64,000 bases of DNA, from IMG/VR virus record IMGVR_UViG_3300046467_000865, positions 1 through 64,000 of that record. One strand, 5' to 3'. The position numbers and the translations under genes are program-made. The stretch's first letter is position 1. Each line of letters opens with the position of its first letter. This document shows positions 1 through 10,047 of the stretch, one piece after another. Origin of the DNA: a virus. Taxonomy: Duplodnaviria; Caudoviricetes. The notes under the pieces were generated by a model, which was given only the letters and a program-made list of their open reading frames with translations, had not been told where the DNA came from and ran no database searches.

Positions 1-528
1 GTCGCTTTCTTCAATCATACTCCATTTAGCTTGTTGCGGATCGTTTTCGTCTCGAATTACTTCCCCACTTGTATCATAGTCAGGAATCTGCGGAGCTTCT
101 GGACTCAGAAAATTTATGAAACCGTCCAAAGTATGTTGAAATGCCTGTGGCCATATCTGATTTTTTAGATCAAACACAAGAATGAGATCATATGAATTAG
201 CTATTACAAACAAGTGATCTTGATATATAAATGTTTCATGTGTTCCAACTAAAAGGTTATGTCGATACTGACGCACAAGCTCGTAGTTCTTGTCGAACAC
301 AAAGATAGCTCTAGCTCCAGCAGCATATAGCTCTCCGTTGTAGAATTTTAGACCTCTTAAACCACGGTCTCCACCACCAGAATCCCAACTAATATGAGGA
401 TACTTCCAGTCTAAAACCTGTTCGTGTGTGCCTTTCTCAAGATCAACAACATATAGACCACCGTGGCTATCCCCTCTCTGAGTTGATCTGATAACGGAAG
501 ACACTAGGATTTTTGGTAGTTTACTCAT
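1..528 (-). CDS. Beta-propeller protein (DUF4915/TIGR03032-like), partial, runs off the left edge; paralog of 43788..44699
   Basis: Not in ORF track; hand translation from ATG at 528 gives MSKLPKILVSSVIRSTQRGDSHGGLYVVDLEK...GGDRGLRGLKF, open to base 1; shares the VIR..HGGLYVVD and RGLRG motifs with 43788..44699. Confidence 0.65.
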   Translation of the reverse strand, partial: MSKLPKILVSSVIRSTQRGDSHGGLYVVDLEKGTHEQVLDWKYPHISWDSGGGDRGLRGLKFYNGELYAAGARAIFVFDKNYELVRQYRHNLLVGTHETFIYQDHLFVIANSYDLILVFDLKNQIWPQAFQHTLDGFINFLSPEAPQIPDYDTSGEVIRDENDPQQAKWSMIEESD

Positions 529-1057
529 CGCTAAATACTATTCCTCTGGTTCTTAGTGCCGATATGTTATTATCGCTGCAATAGTCCAACAATGGGTCAA
601 TGTAGTCAGTATACAACTTAGATGGTGGCACGCCATTGCTAATCAGAGATGTATGTAGATCGTCGTGATCTATCATGATGATTTTTTCAGTCTTTATACC
701 AGACATTATCTCATCAATATTTTCTACCCCAGCGATACTTTCAATTTTAGGAACAAGGATTGGTCTAGCGCCAAACATCCCGTAATTTTCTAGCTGGGAA
801 GATTTTTCCACATTAGAAATAGCAAGATATCTTACGTTGGGGTGTTTCAGAAAAAGGGGGTGCAGCGCCTCCAGACTGTACTTATTGCTAGGAGGCTTTG
901 TTCTGCCAGATGGGATATCAATAAAAAAGTCATTAGTGTAGCTGTCAAGATTTTCAACAAGATCCTCAAGTGAAAATGTCCACGCAAGATTAACCCGTAT
1001 CACATAGTGATCAGGGATTTTCATATAGTTTCTAAGATTATTAGATACCAGTATCAT
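521..1057 (-). CDS. Pyruvate kinase / HpcH-HpaI aldolase-like barrel protein
   Basis: Motif LVPKIESIAGVENIDEIM...IMIDHDDL resembles the PK/aldolase KIE..GV.NIDEI...GDL segment. Confidence 0.5.
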   Translation of the reverse strand: MILVSNNLRNYMKIPDHYVIRVNLAWTFSLEDLVENLDSYTNDFFIDIPSGRTKPPSNKYSLEALHPLFLKHPNVRYLAISNVEKSSQLENYGMFGARPILVPKIESIAGVENIDEIMSGIKTEKIIMIDHDDLHTSLISNGVPPSKLYTDYIDPLLDYCSDNNISALRTRGIVFSDE

Positions 1058-1782
1058 ACTTTTATCAGAATGGCTAGAGAGTCATAAAAATGAAGAGACT
1101 CTAAGGTACTGTTGACATTTGCCATAGGCTCGGCAACTAGGGCGTCTTTATAAGCATTGTCTGAGTTTTTTAGCTCAAGATACTCTACATAGTCATCGTC
1201 CCACTGGGCCTGTCTGGTTGTGTGGATGGCGTTTAGGTTGTCCACCAAACACTTAAGAAGGTCTATGGTTGTGGGGTTGGTGTTCGGGTTGGGAGAAACC
1301 AGCTTCATGTTTGCCCCGTGAAGACTGCCTCCAAAACCATCCCAATACGATGTGTGTAGATCTTCAACTACATATTGACCTTCTGGATTGAGGGAGTTCC
1401 AGAGCAGAATGAGCGAGTTCATCTGCTGGTACATTTGATGACCGCCGTCGTCAATGATTAAATCAAACTTTCCGCCGGTTTTGGTGACAAGCTCTTGGAC
1501 GAATTCCTCGTCTGCCTGATCTCCAATATGTATCTCCACGCCGGGTTCTTCAAGCTCCTTGCATTCTGGACGAATATCTACGATGAAGATTTCGGCGTTA
1601 GGAAAGTACTCTCTCCACACTTTTATGCAGCCGCCCTTGCCAGCGCCTATCAATAGAAATCTAAACTTCTCGTTTCTAAACTCTTTAAAAAACTTTTCGT
1701 ACACTTCTGTGAAATGCATAACATGTGGTGAAAGTAGGCTATGCTCAGAAACGTCCAAGGCGATCTCTTTTAAAGTCTTCAT
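1054..1782 (-). CDS. Class I SAM-dependent methyltransferase (sugar O-methyltransferase-like)
   Basis: LLIGAGKGG SAM motif; GDQAD; FDLIIDDGGH; YVVEDLHTSYW. Confidence 0.75.
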   Translation of the reverse strand: MKTLKEIALDVSEHSLLSPHVMHFTEVYEKFFKEFRNEKFRFLLIGAGKGGCIKVWREYFPNAEIFIVDIRPECKELEEPGVEIHIGDQADEEFVQELVTKTGGKFDLIIDDGGHQMYQQMNSLILLWNSLNPEGQYVVEDLHTSYWDGFGGSLHGANMKLVSPNPNTNPTTIDLLKCLVDNLNAIHTTRQAQWDDDYVEYLELKNSDNAYKDALVAEPMANVNSTLESLHFYDSLAILIKV

Positions 1783-1796
1783 CCGTCTTCCTTTTG

Positions 1797-2756
1797 TTAA
1801 TGTGTTTGACTTTTGATTGATTGGTAAATATGGTTTTCCATCTCTAATCTATCTTCATGACCAGTTGATACATATCCATAAAGTGTGTGTAGCGCTAGAC
1901 CATTTCTCATAAACCCAAAGCGTAGATCTTTTGACCTTCTGTAGGCGTTCATTGGTATTTCATCATATGGTAAAAACTCACTAAATTCATTTATATCGCG
2001 GTATACATCAGTTCTCATCATACAGGCGTCATTGCATAGATAAGGTCTATGAGTAGTATCAATACTGTATTCTCTTTTTTCAAGAAACGAAGGAACGTCA
2101 TTTACCACGGCTTCCGCTAAATAGCTTTGAGCTTCAAAGTCTACGCGAACAGGGTGGATACCCTTGAGTTCTGCCGACATCCCATCTACAGTTTTCCAGT
2201 ACTCGTCTGGACACCATTCATCGGCTTCTATCGTGTGGGCATTTAGGTTGTTGAATTCCTTGTTTTCAATAGCCCATGTTTCCCCAGCGGTTTTTTGCAT
2301 GTCCTGTTTTAAAAACATAGAGTTTAGTTTTTGTTTCTGTCCATCTGAACAAAAATCTTCGATAAACATGTCGCACGTCGGCACACCTATGTTGACTACA
2401 GGTGTTAGCAAAAGAGTTTTTGGGTCTTCGTATAATACTTCTCTATTTTCAATCATGTAATCCCAAACATGATTGCTCATAATTATATCTTCATCAAACT
2501 TAACTGTGTATTTAGAGTCTTCCTCAAGCATCGCCCACATTTTAGATTTGTAATTGTTAGTAGGTCTTCTTCCACTAAAATACATGAGCTTATATGGAAC
2601 ATCCGTGTCTAGATCACACAGATCTAAATTGTCCGTCAACATAAAATTAATACTGAGAAGTTTTCTGTTCTCTGGTTTAATCTTGTTGATAAAGTGGATA
2701 AATAGATCTATAAAGTTACGCCTGTGTTGTAAAAAAGTTATACTAATTTCACTCAT
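1797..2756 (-). CDS. Putative GT-A fold glycosyltransferase-like protein
   Basis: VKFDEDI DxD-like motif; lies within the glycosylation cluster. Confidence 0.45.
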   Translation of the reverse strand: MSEISITFLQHRRNFIDLFIHFINKIKPENRKLLSINFMLTDNLDLCDLDTDVPYKLMYFSGRRPTNNYKSKMWAMLEEDSKYTVKFDEDIIMSNHVWDYMIENREVLYEDPKTLLLTPVVNIGVPTCDMFIEDFCSDGQKQKLNSMFLKQDMQKTAGETWAIENKEFNNLNAHTIEADEWCPDEYWKTVDGMSAELKGIHPVRVDFEAQSYLAEAVVNDVPSFLEKREYSIDTTHRPYLCNDACMMRTDVYRDINEFSEFLPYDEIPMNAYRRSKDLRFGFMRNGLALHTLYGYVSTGHEDRLEMENHIYQSIKSQTH

Positions 2757-2886
2757 TATTAGGCACTCCAGAACCCTTCACATGTTCCTGTTCTGTATCG
2801 CGTAGAAATATTTTGACCTGCTTGTTCTCCTGAGAGATGTGAGGTAGAGGCCACATTCTTTCTATGTATTTTTTTATGTCAGACAT
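2749..2886 (-). CDS. Small hypothetical protein (45 aa)
   Basis: Hand translation MSDIKKYIERMWPLPH...; fills the gap and overlaps both neighbours. Confidence 0.35.
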   Translation of the reverse strand: MSDIKKYIERMWPLPHISQENKQVKIFLRDTEQEHVKGSGVPNNE

Positions 2887-3320
2887 GACCCCCACTTTTG
2901 AATATAATCAGAGCATATGCCGTGGCAATTACGAGTTGAGTCCAAAGAAGCCAGTTCCGGCTTCATGCAAATAGTTCTTGAGGTTGTTTCATAGCCGGGA
3001 TAGCTAACTATATACCCACCACTGGTGATGCTGTAGTGGTCTTCTTGATGCCAGAAACAATGTATATTTGTATGGACGAGCATTTTGTCTAGAGCGGTTA
3101 AATTTTTAGCATGACAGAGAAGCTTCTCATTCATCAAAAACTTGATATCCGCTAGCTCGTAACTTGGGTCGTCATGGCCTAAGAACCAAGTTCCGTTTAG
3201 GTTCCATACGTCAATTTCAACGTCGTATCCCAATTTAAGCGCGCTCTTAATGTAAGATGGACGGTTCTCTTTTCCGGGGTCTGCGCCGATCAGATTTCCG
3301 CGATGTGATATAAGTTTCAT
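2874..3320 (-). CDS. Glycerophosphodiester phosphodiesterase-like (PLC-like) protein
   Basis: ISHRGN...EN...GYDVEIDVW...GHD signature. Confidence 0.72.
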   Translation of the reverse strand: MKLISHRGNLIGADPGKENRPSYIKSALKLGYDVEIDVWNLNGTWFLGHDDPSYELADIKFLMNEKLLCHAKNLTALDKMLVHTNIHCFWHQEDHYSITSGGYIVSYPGYETTSRTICMKPELASLDSTRNCHGICSDYIQKWGSCLT

Positions 3321-3321
3321 G

Positions 3322-4701
3322 TTACTTCTTTATAAAAATGTCCAGATCTTCCGGGGTTCCCAATCCCCACATTTTTTCTATCGGGAATATTCTTACCTTC
3401 TTGTCGTCCTCTATGGCTTCATTAAAAACTGGGCAGACATAGAACTCGTTATTCACACGCCTGTCCGCTTTGATCATCTGCTCTGCATATTTAACATAGT
3501 CACTACCCTTGGCCCAATAATATATACCAACTGTTGCATTATTGCTGATGGGCTTCTTCTCTGCCACTTCTGTCACGAATCCACTGTCGTCAACCTTCGC
3601 AAAGCTCCACTTAGGATGAACGGAGTCAAACGTAAGTATCCCGCCGTCCACGCCATCCGCCTGCATGGCGTACAGAAATTCGTTACTGTCCCAATCGACA
3701 TACTGATCAGAGTTGGCCGTAAGGAGAGGCTCATCATTGTCAATAAATTCCTTGGCGAGCAACGTAGTACACGCTGCCCCTTCTGTTATACCATCCACCT
3801 GCACGATTTTGCAATTTGGAGATATCAAATGTAGCAGGTATTGCAGGTTGTATTTCTCGTAGTGCTCTTTCTGCACTATAAAAATATGTTCAGCATCAAC
3901 ATTAATGTTCTCTACCACAAGCTGGATCATTGGCTTTCCGCCCACCTCTATGAGTGGTTTTGGAAAAGTGTATCCGGCCTGTTCAAATCTCGAACCAGCC
4001 CCAGCCATTGGAATTAGAACCTTCATATTTCCGCCCTGCCACTTAGGTTTTAAGAATCTAGATTTGTTTGTTTTGGTTGCTCTGTCTATGCTAGTGTCAA
4101 TGTTCTCTTGGGTTATATCTTCTAAACCTTTTACCCCCATTACATGGGCGCCAGACTCACTGGCTGCTTTTCTCCCAACGTGAGAATCCTCGACAATCAA
4201 ACATTCTTTTGGATTGACTCCCGCCTTAACCATACAGCGCAAGTAAATCTCTGCGTGAGGCTTGGGAGATTCAACATCTTCGTTTGAGAAATACTCGTCG
4301 ATATGCTCCATATATCCAGCACATAGAAGCATGAGCTTTACACTATGTCTGATAGAATTAGAGGCACAGTATACTTGATAGCCACTGTGTTTTAAAACCT
4401 CTAGTACTTTAGCAATGTGTTTGTGGTCGTTTATATTAACTTTATCTTTTATAACATCAGCGGTGCATTCTTGTTTTCTTTTCCACACCTCATTATAACT
4501 CTCTTTTGGTAACCCCTTTTCTTTAGTCAGTATTTCCAGCTTTTTTTTCGTGGGGAGGCCATCGTAAGTAGAGAGATGCTCTTCTCTGCTGATAATATAT
4601 TGATCGTTAACGGAGGCTAGCGCCCTGTTGAAAGCGTGATAGTGTATATCTCTAGCTTCTACTAGGACGCCATCTAGATCAAAGATAACTAGTTTAATCA
4701 T
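3322..4701 (-). CDS. HAD phosphatase fused to sugar-phosphate nucleotidyltransferase
   Basis: N-terminal FDLDGVL, KPHAEIY, VEDS (HAD); C-terminal IPMAGAGSRF..PKPLI, EGAACT, EKKPIS, GLGTPEDL. Confidence 0.87.
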   Translation of the reverse strand: MIKLVIFDLDGVLVEARDIHYHAFNRALASVNDQYIISREEHLSTYDGLPTKKKLEILTKEKGLPKESYNEVWKRKQECTADVIKDKVNINDHKHIAKVLEVLKHSGYQVYCASNSIRHSVKLMLLCAGYMEHIDEYFSNEDVESPKPHAEIYLRCMVKAGVNPKECLIVEDSHVGRKAASESGAHVMGVKGLEDITQENIDTSIDRATKTNKSRFLKPKWQGGNMKVLIPMAGAGSRFEQAGYTFPKPLIEVGGKPMIQLVVENINVDAEHIFIVQKEHYEKYNLQYLLHLISPNCKIVQVDGITEGAACTTLLAKEFIDNDEPLLTANSDQYVDWDSNEFLYAMQADGVDGGILTFDSVHPKWSFAKVDDSGFVTEVAEKKPISNNATVGIYYWAKGSDYVKYAEQMIKADRRVNNEFYVCPVFNEAIEDDKKVRIFPIEKMWGLGTPEDLDIFIKK

Positions 4702-5441
4702 ACCAACAAATCTCTTCTAATATAACTGTTAGACATCAAATAATGATCAGACACAGGAAGAATAGGGTCTTTGTAATGGTCGAGTTGCACAGCAGAGTGG
4801 GTGTTCATTACGTACTTGTACTTATCTCGAACCCTGTCTGACCACTCCACGTCTTCGCCTTGCCCCCAAACAATATCTTCGTTTAGAGGCTCTTCTTCCA
4901 TGACCTTCTTTTTAGCTACCCAATACCCACCAGAAATATACATATATTGTGTGTCTTTGTAACCATACGATGGAAAGAATGATTTTCCCTCTCTTATTTT
5001 TCCTCCCGGTGGACACCACGGTTCTTTTTGAATCCATCCGGGCTTAACCCTTGGGTCGTCTAGCACCACCCAGTCTCTGTATCTAGCCCCATTGTAATTT
5101 TTAACAACATTCATAGCAATGTCCCAGTCGTCGCCAAATTTCAGCCAGCCCCTATAAAACCCTCTTACCGGTTTGATATAGTCGTGAGTGTATACGATTA
5201 TATCGTGCTTAGCTTCTTCTGTGATTATATTTTTCTTGCGCGTGATCCATCCCTTTTTAACAGTCTCGTCAAATTTTATAACCCGTGTGTTTTTTCTATC
5301 CCCCGCAAAATCCCCGACGACGACGATTTCATACTCTGGTATATTTTCTTGCTCAACAGCGTCAATAATCTGATTTACCTTCGGGGCATTATCTTTCCCG
5401 TCATGGCCACTGTATGTGACTATGCCAAAAGTAAACTTCAT
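4698..5441 (-). CDS. GT2-like glycosyltransferase
   Basis: FTFGIVT start, WITRKKN, YTHDY, GGYWVAK, GEDVEWS. Confidence 0.62.
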   Translation of the reverse strand: MKFTFGIVTYSGHDGKDNAPKVNQIIDAVEQENIPEYEIVVVGDFAGDRKNTRVIKFDETVKKGWITRKKNIITEEAKHDIIVYTHDYIKPVRGFYRGWLKFGDDWDIAMNVVKNYNGARYRDWVVLDDPRVKPGWIQKEPWCPPGGKIREGKSFFPSYGYKDTQYMYISGGYWVAKKKVMEEEPLNEDIVWGQGEDVEWSDRVRDKYKYVMNTHSAVQLDHYKDPILPVSDHYLMSNSYIRRDLLV

Positions 5442-6502
5442 GCGCTGATCTCCAGATCGGATTTTAGTTGTTCGTACACTTTAAGACATCTGATAGATTC
5501 ATCCGTGTCCCCAAACTCTTCAAACATTTTGGACACTCTGTGAAAATATGTATGATTCTGCATGACGGTCTTATATCCACGGTTAATATAAGCTTGTCTC
5601 TCTTTCGGATATTTTACAAAATGCTCAACTAGTTCCTGAAACTCTTGTGGGCTGTTTGCAAACACCACTTCGTCATTTGTAAACACGTCGTTCACCATCG
5701 AATCCACTTTGTCGGATATACAAAAGCCCTTACTGGCTAGTACTTTAAATGTCCTCTCATTTATATCAAAGCCAAAATCTGTCGCGTGTGGCTCGCTGAT
5801 ATTTGGACAGATGGTGGATGAGGCAATCAAGTTCTTGACCTCTTCATCTTCTATCCAACCCATGTAGTGGGTTCCGGGCCACCCTTGGTTCCCAAAGAAT
5901 TTTACATTGTATTTTCCTACAGGGAAGGTGAGGGGCATTAAATACTTATCCATATTTATTGCTTTATAAGGCCAGTAACCACCAACGAACGCAACGTCAC
6001 AACGGTATTCTGGATTAAATTTTCCTCTTGCGTACATAAAAGTGTCTGCCCCATTCATGATGGAGGCGGTTCGACACCCAATGTTTTCCCAATGATTGTG
6101 GGTCTTCCCAACCCAATTGTCGTGATAATAGATATGGAGAAAATCTGGCTTGCCCGTTTCAGACTTTAATTTTTCAACCAATCTCTTTTCTTCGTCGTTT
6201 GCAAACAGAACCCCGTATTTATCGGGATCTATTTCTTTTTGCATATCGCCCCAGTCAGAACCCTTCATCATCACCTTTAGATGAGGTCTTTCTTGTATGC
6301 ATTTGTAGAGTGAGTCATTTAGGTTGTATGTTTGTCCAAAAAAATAGTCTGGTTCAAATTCGTCGAATGCGTCAAAAGGGGTCTTAGCTTGTATGTCCCA
6401 CAAAACGACATCATACCCCATAGCAGACAGCACTCTGCCCCACCCCATCCTTATGTGGTAATGAGCGTGTGGTCCGTCGCTTGAAATCATTATTTTCTTC
6501 AT
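5438..6502 (-). CDS. GT-B glycosyltransferase (CgeB / Glyco_trans_1_2-like)
   Basis: DVAFVGG, INERTFKVLA..GFCISD, FTNDEVVFA C-terminal pattern. Confidence 0.72.
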   Translation of the reverse strand: MKKIMISSDGPHAHYHIRMGWGRVLSAMGYDVVLWDIQAKTPFDAFDEFEPDYFFGQTYNLNDSLYKCIQERPHLKVMMKGSDWGDMQKEIDPDKYGVLFANDEEKRLVEKLKSETGKPDFLHIYYHDNWVGKTHNHWENIGCRTASIMNGADTFMYARGKFNPEYRCDVAFVGGYWPYKAINMDKYLMPLTFPVGKYNVKFFGNQGWPGTHYMGWIEDEEVKNLIASSTICPNISEPHATDFGFDINERTFKVLASKGFCISDKVDSMVNDVFTNDEVVFANSPQEFQELVEHFVKYPKERQAYINRGYKTVMQNHTYFHRVSKMFEEFGDTDESIRCLKVYEQLKSDLEISA

Positions 6503-6504
6503 TG

Positions 6505-7236
6505 TTATTTACCCCACTTGGGTAGGTCTTTTAGTGAATCTATTTCTATTATTTGCATACTTTTGGGTTCCTCGGCGGTGATAATTCCGCCGTTTTCTAG
6601 AACCATGTTCAAAACTTCAAAGGTGTACATTTTATTTTTTTCTCTGTCTGAACAAAATCTTCGAAACAGCCCTAATTCTTTGCCGGTAAGATATATAATC
6701 TGCGCCCATTTCGTCGGAAGACCATAAGAAAAATTAGTGATCTGACCGTCTACAACTGTGACGCCAATCTCATTTTTATCAAATCTTTCTTGAGTGTCAA
6801 CTATTGCGCATGATCCACCATTGGTAATATCCCTAATTGTATATATGTTAAAAATCAGGTCTCCATGCACTATCAAAACATCGTCATCTATAGCGTTGTT
6901 TAGTGCCAGCCTAATACTTTCAACGGTGTTTGTTGTGTCATAGATTTGATTTTCAATTATCCTTATATCTTTTGGGACTGATTCTATGATTTTATCAGCA
7001 TCAAATCCGACTACTACAATGATCTCCGCGTGAGTATACACTTTGTGTATGTTTTTTATAGCTCTGTCTAATATTGTTGAGTTTGCAGAAGTGTGGAAGA
7101 GGCATTTGGGGCCATAGGATTTCATCCTGTGGGCTATACCAGCTACAGGTATAACCACGGTCAGATTTTTATGCTGGGATTTTCCAGCATCTAGCTTTTG
7201 CGCGGGCGCTATAAATCTAGATGTATTTCTACGCAT
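6505..7236 (-). CDS. NTP transferase (LicC/MobA-like cytidylyltransferase)
   Basis: IPVAGIAHRMKSYGPKCL; IENQIYDTTNTVES; HGDLIF; EIDSLKDL. Confidence 0.75.
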   Translation of the reverse strand: MRRNTSRFIAPAQKLDAGKSQHKNLTVVIPVAGIAHRMKSYGPKCLFHTSANSTILDRAIKNIHKVYTHAEIIVVVGFDADKIIESVPKDIRIIENQIYDTTNTVESIRLALNNAIDDDVLIVHGDLIFNIYTIRDITNGGSCAIVDTQERFDKNEIGVTVVDGQITNFSYGLPTKWAQIIYLTGKELGLFRRFCSDREKNKMYTFEVLNMVLENGGIITAEEPKSMQIIEIDSLKDLPKWGK

Positions 7237-8047
7237 TCGCCCTGTTCTGCGCTTTTGTCATCATATAATGCCAGTTTTGATTAAATATTTCAGGAGTAAC
7301 ATTAGTAGTCTGGTTCATTCCGGTAATGTTTGCAATAGCCAGTGATTCTGGTATATGTATGATAATAAACCGCTCGCTAATTCTCATCCATAGATCATAA
7401 TCTTCACAGCACCCAATAAATTCTCCACCCGCAGGTCCATGCAAATTCACGTCATAAAATCCAGTTGGCTCGTTTACGGCGACCAGAGCGAGCTTGCTGA
7501 TGAGAGCGTTGCTGTGAACAATGCACTCCCGCCCTAAAACCTCTCTGTTGAATGGTTGCTTGAATTCTGCGACCATTTTTCCGCTGTCTAAATCATGTAT
7601 ATCGTAATCAGCATAAACGACCCCTATTCTGAAGGGATCTTCCACAAACTTTTTAACCATCTTACTAACCTTGTTAGGATAGTATTCGTCGTCCGCGTCA
7701 AGGATGGCGTAAGCGTGTGTTGAGTCTAGCGTGTATTCTATGCCAGTATTTCTTGCAAAACTAGCTCCACCATTATCAACATTAATAGCTATAAAGCTTT
7801 GATTAGGATGATCGCCGTTAGACTTTATTACGGTTAAATTTTTATCTTGGACTTCTTCGCCACCGATTCTTTTCTTAATAATTTCCCACGAATCGTCTGT
7901 GGAGCCATCATTTACTATGCAGATTTGTAACGGGCCGGGATAGTCTTGAGCAACGGCGCTGTTAATAGCTGTTTCTACATATTCGCCATAGTTGTAGTTG
8001 GCGATTAACACCGTTATGGTAGGTAATTCATTTTGCACGACATTCAT
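7229..8047 (-). CDS. GT2 glycosyltransferase
   Basis: ANYNYGEY, NDGSTDDS, ARNTG, LDADD, EDYDLWMR. Confidence 0.88.
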   Translation of the reverse strand: MNVVQNELPTITVLIANYNYGEYVETAINSAVAQDYPGPLQICIVNDGSTDDSWEIIKKRIGGEEVQDKNLTVIKSNGDHPNQSFIAINVDNGGASFARNTGIEYTLDSTHAYAILDADDEYYPNKVSKMVKKFVEDPFRIGVVYADYDIHDLDSGKMVAEFKQPFNREVLGRECIVHSNALISKLALVAVNEPTGFYDVNLHGPAGGEFIGCCEDYDLWMRISERFIIIHIPESLAIANITGMNQTTNVTPEIFNQNWHYMMTKAQNRANA

Positions 8048-8864
8048 CCCACGTCTTTATAAAATGTTCTCTTTTAGACATTTCGGCAAAGATGGAGAGT
8101 TTTTCTTCCACTGATTGCTCCCCGTTGCCGTGCATAAACTTATGCATAACACACTGAATTGTCAGCCCGTCTATCTCTTTCTCGTTAATTGACTTAATCA
8201 TGGCGATCTGCTTCATTTTGTCGTTCAAACATTTGTCCAGAGTTTGTATCAAATCTGTAGGCACAGAATTTCCAGAACGAAAGACAGAGTAATACCCATT
8301 TCTTACTCTGGGAAAACATTCGTTAATTAGATTTAAATCGTCCATTTCTTCAAATGGTTTAACGACGTTTATTTTAGTTATAGATTCATCGAACAACTCC
8401 TTGCATATGTGCCACATATCCCACTGTTTAACTTCAGAAGAGTTGTTGCCCACAACTATAAAGGTGGGATATATCTTTTTTTGATTTGCTATATCAGTCA
8501 GGGTTTTTGTAATGTCGTCCTTGCTATCATCCTTACCATGCAAAACCATAAACCCACAACTTATTTCAACTTCTTTTCTAACTCTTTTTTCAGGGCGCTC
8601 ATACTTTGACGCAGCCTTTGCCCAGTCGTCATCTCTGTAAAAATGACAAAAGCGCTCGACTACAAAAAATTCATTATCATCCTCGTCGGTAGCTTCTATA
8701 ACGTTTATGCCGTTGTCTTTAAATTGCCTGATCTTATTAAGGCTACAACCGACTTGTGTTTTGCCGAGATTTTCACTAAAGCAACACCCTTGACACGAGG
8801 TTCGCACTGCGTGATCTTCGTCTATCTTTGTCAACTTTTTTTCATCTGATTGTTCAGGGTTCAT
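8028..8864 (-). CDS. Hypothetical protein (Cys-rich N-terminus, possibly degenerate GT-A)
   Basis: ORF coupled to both neighbours; CQGCC...C...C N-terminus. Confidence 0.4.
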   Translation of the reverse strand: MNPEQSDEKKLTKIDEDHAVRTSCQGCCFSENLGKTQVGCSLNKIRQFKDNGINVIEATDEDDNEFFVVERFCHFYRDDDWAKAASKYERPEKRVRKEVEISCGFMVLHGKDDSKDDITKTLTDIANQKKIYPTFIVVGNNSSEVKQWDMWHICKELFDESITKINVVKPFEEMDDLNLINECFPRVRNGYYSVFRSGNSVPTDLIQTLDKCLNDKMKQIAMIKSINEKEIDGLTIQCVMHKFMHGNGEQSVEEKLSIFAEMSKREHFIKTWDECRAK

Positions 8865-9331
8865 ATTCTTTGTGCCTCTACAGACATTTTAAATCCGTTA
8901 ATACGTTTTTTGAGTATCTTTAACCCATGTTGATTGAGTACGGATTCTAGATCTTTTATCGTCATGTGACTGGCTTTAAATTCCCACGGATTGCTTTGAT
9001 GTCCGTGAGCAGAGATCAGAAATTCATCAATGCTCATCCCCTTCTGGGAAAAGATTTTGCATAGCTCCTGTATCTCTACCCCACCAATAATTATTTTGCC
9101 GCCACGTCTTAGCTTTTTTACCCAAGCTGAAATTGTTGAGCATACTATGGAGTATGGAAGATAGTCGATTATATTGATGGCTAGTATTTCTGTTGCTTCT
9201 GAATCCTCTACAAATTCATCTAGCTTTGTAATATCCCCATTAACTACTCCCTCTTTGTTGTAGCTGTGGGGATCTATGTTTGTGTATCCTGACAGTGGGT
9301 GACCTGTTCCCCACAATAGATTAAGCTTCAT
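8861..9331 (-). CDS. Short methyltransferase-like protein (degenerate SAM motif)
   Basis: KLNLLWGTG..GYTNID resembles the KLNLGCG..GYINID methyltransferase-11 family; KKLRRGGKIII. Confidence 0.5.
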   Translation of the reverse strand: MKLNLLWGTGHPLSGYTNIDPHSYNKEGVVNGDITKLDEFVEDSEATEILAINIIDYLPYSIVCSTISAWVKKLRRGGKIIIGGVEIQELCKIFSQKGMSIDEFLISAHGHQSNPWEFKASHMTIKDLESVLNQHGLKILKKRINGFKMSVEAQRI

Positions 9332-10047
9332 TGCTTTCTCCTTATAGCCGCTATCGCGTTGAACGGACTTGTTTTTCCTCTAACCCAGCTTGTCAACTCG
9401 GTCTCTTTGAAATGCTTGATTTCTTTTTTAACCGGGATGTCTATTAGCTCAAATTCATTGTTATTCAAAATATAAGTGACCGCCTCGTCAAGTCTAAAGT
9501 CCTCGTCTTCGTTGGCAAAAAGCTCGTTGTAGTCATACTCTTTGCCAATGCTAGACTTTAGATCTGGCGACACATCATGAAAGGCTACGACTGCGTCTTT
9601 CGTTAACCAAGGTTTCACTTTATTAAAATCGTTGACAACTTGTTTGAACGAGTGAAAGCCGTCTATAAAAACAAAACTTAGTGGATCTTCGCTGTAATAC
9701 TCGTCCAAATTGTTGCTGTCGCATTCTATTTTTTTTGATAGGTCGGCAAAACCACCTTTGTGGTAGACGTTGTTGTCAAACATTCCATAAGCACCAAAAT
9801 CACAATCTACAGAATAAACGCTAGGTTGATTCCCCACAAGTCTTCTTGCGGAACATAATAGCACAGCAGACCCTCCACAAAAAGAGCCTATCTCCATCCA
9901 GTTCGCACTTGAGTCTGAATTTAGGGCCAACCACAATAAACACTCCTGCTCGTTGGGCCAAAGGCCTATTGCGTTTGGCATCCAGTGTGACAATATATCA
10001 AAGGTTCTAAACTTGTAGAGCAATGAATAAATTTTATCCTCATGCAT
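9328..10047 (-). CDS. Class I SAM methyltransferase (Methyltransf_24-like)
   Basis: MEIGSFCGGS, FVFIDGFHS, DFN..KPWL...VAFHD. Confidence 0.78.
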   Translation of the reverse strand: MHEDKIYSLLYKFRTFDILSHWMPNAIGLWPNEQECLLWLALNSDSSANWMEIGSFCGGSAVLLCSARRLVGNQPSVYSVDCDFGAYGMFDNNVYHKGGFADLSKKIECDSNNLDEYYSEDPLSFVFIDGFHSFKQVVNDFNKVKPWLTKDAVVAFHDVSPDLKSSIGKEYDYNELFANEDEDFRLDEAVTYILNNNEFELIDIPVKKEIKHFKETELTSWVRGKTSPFNAIAAIRRKQ

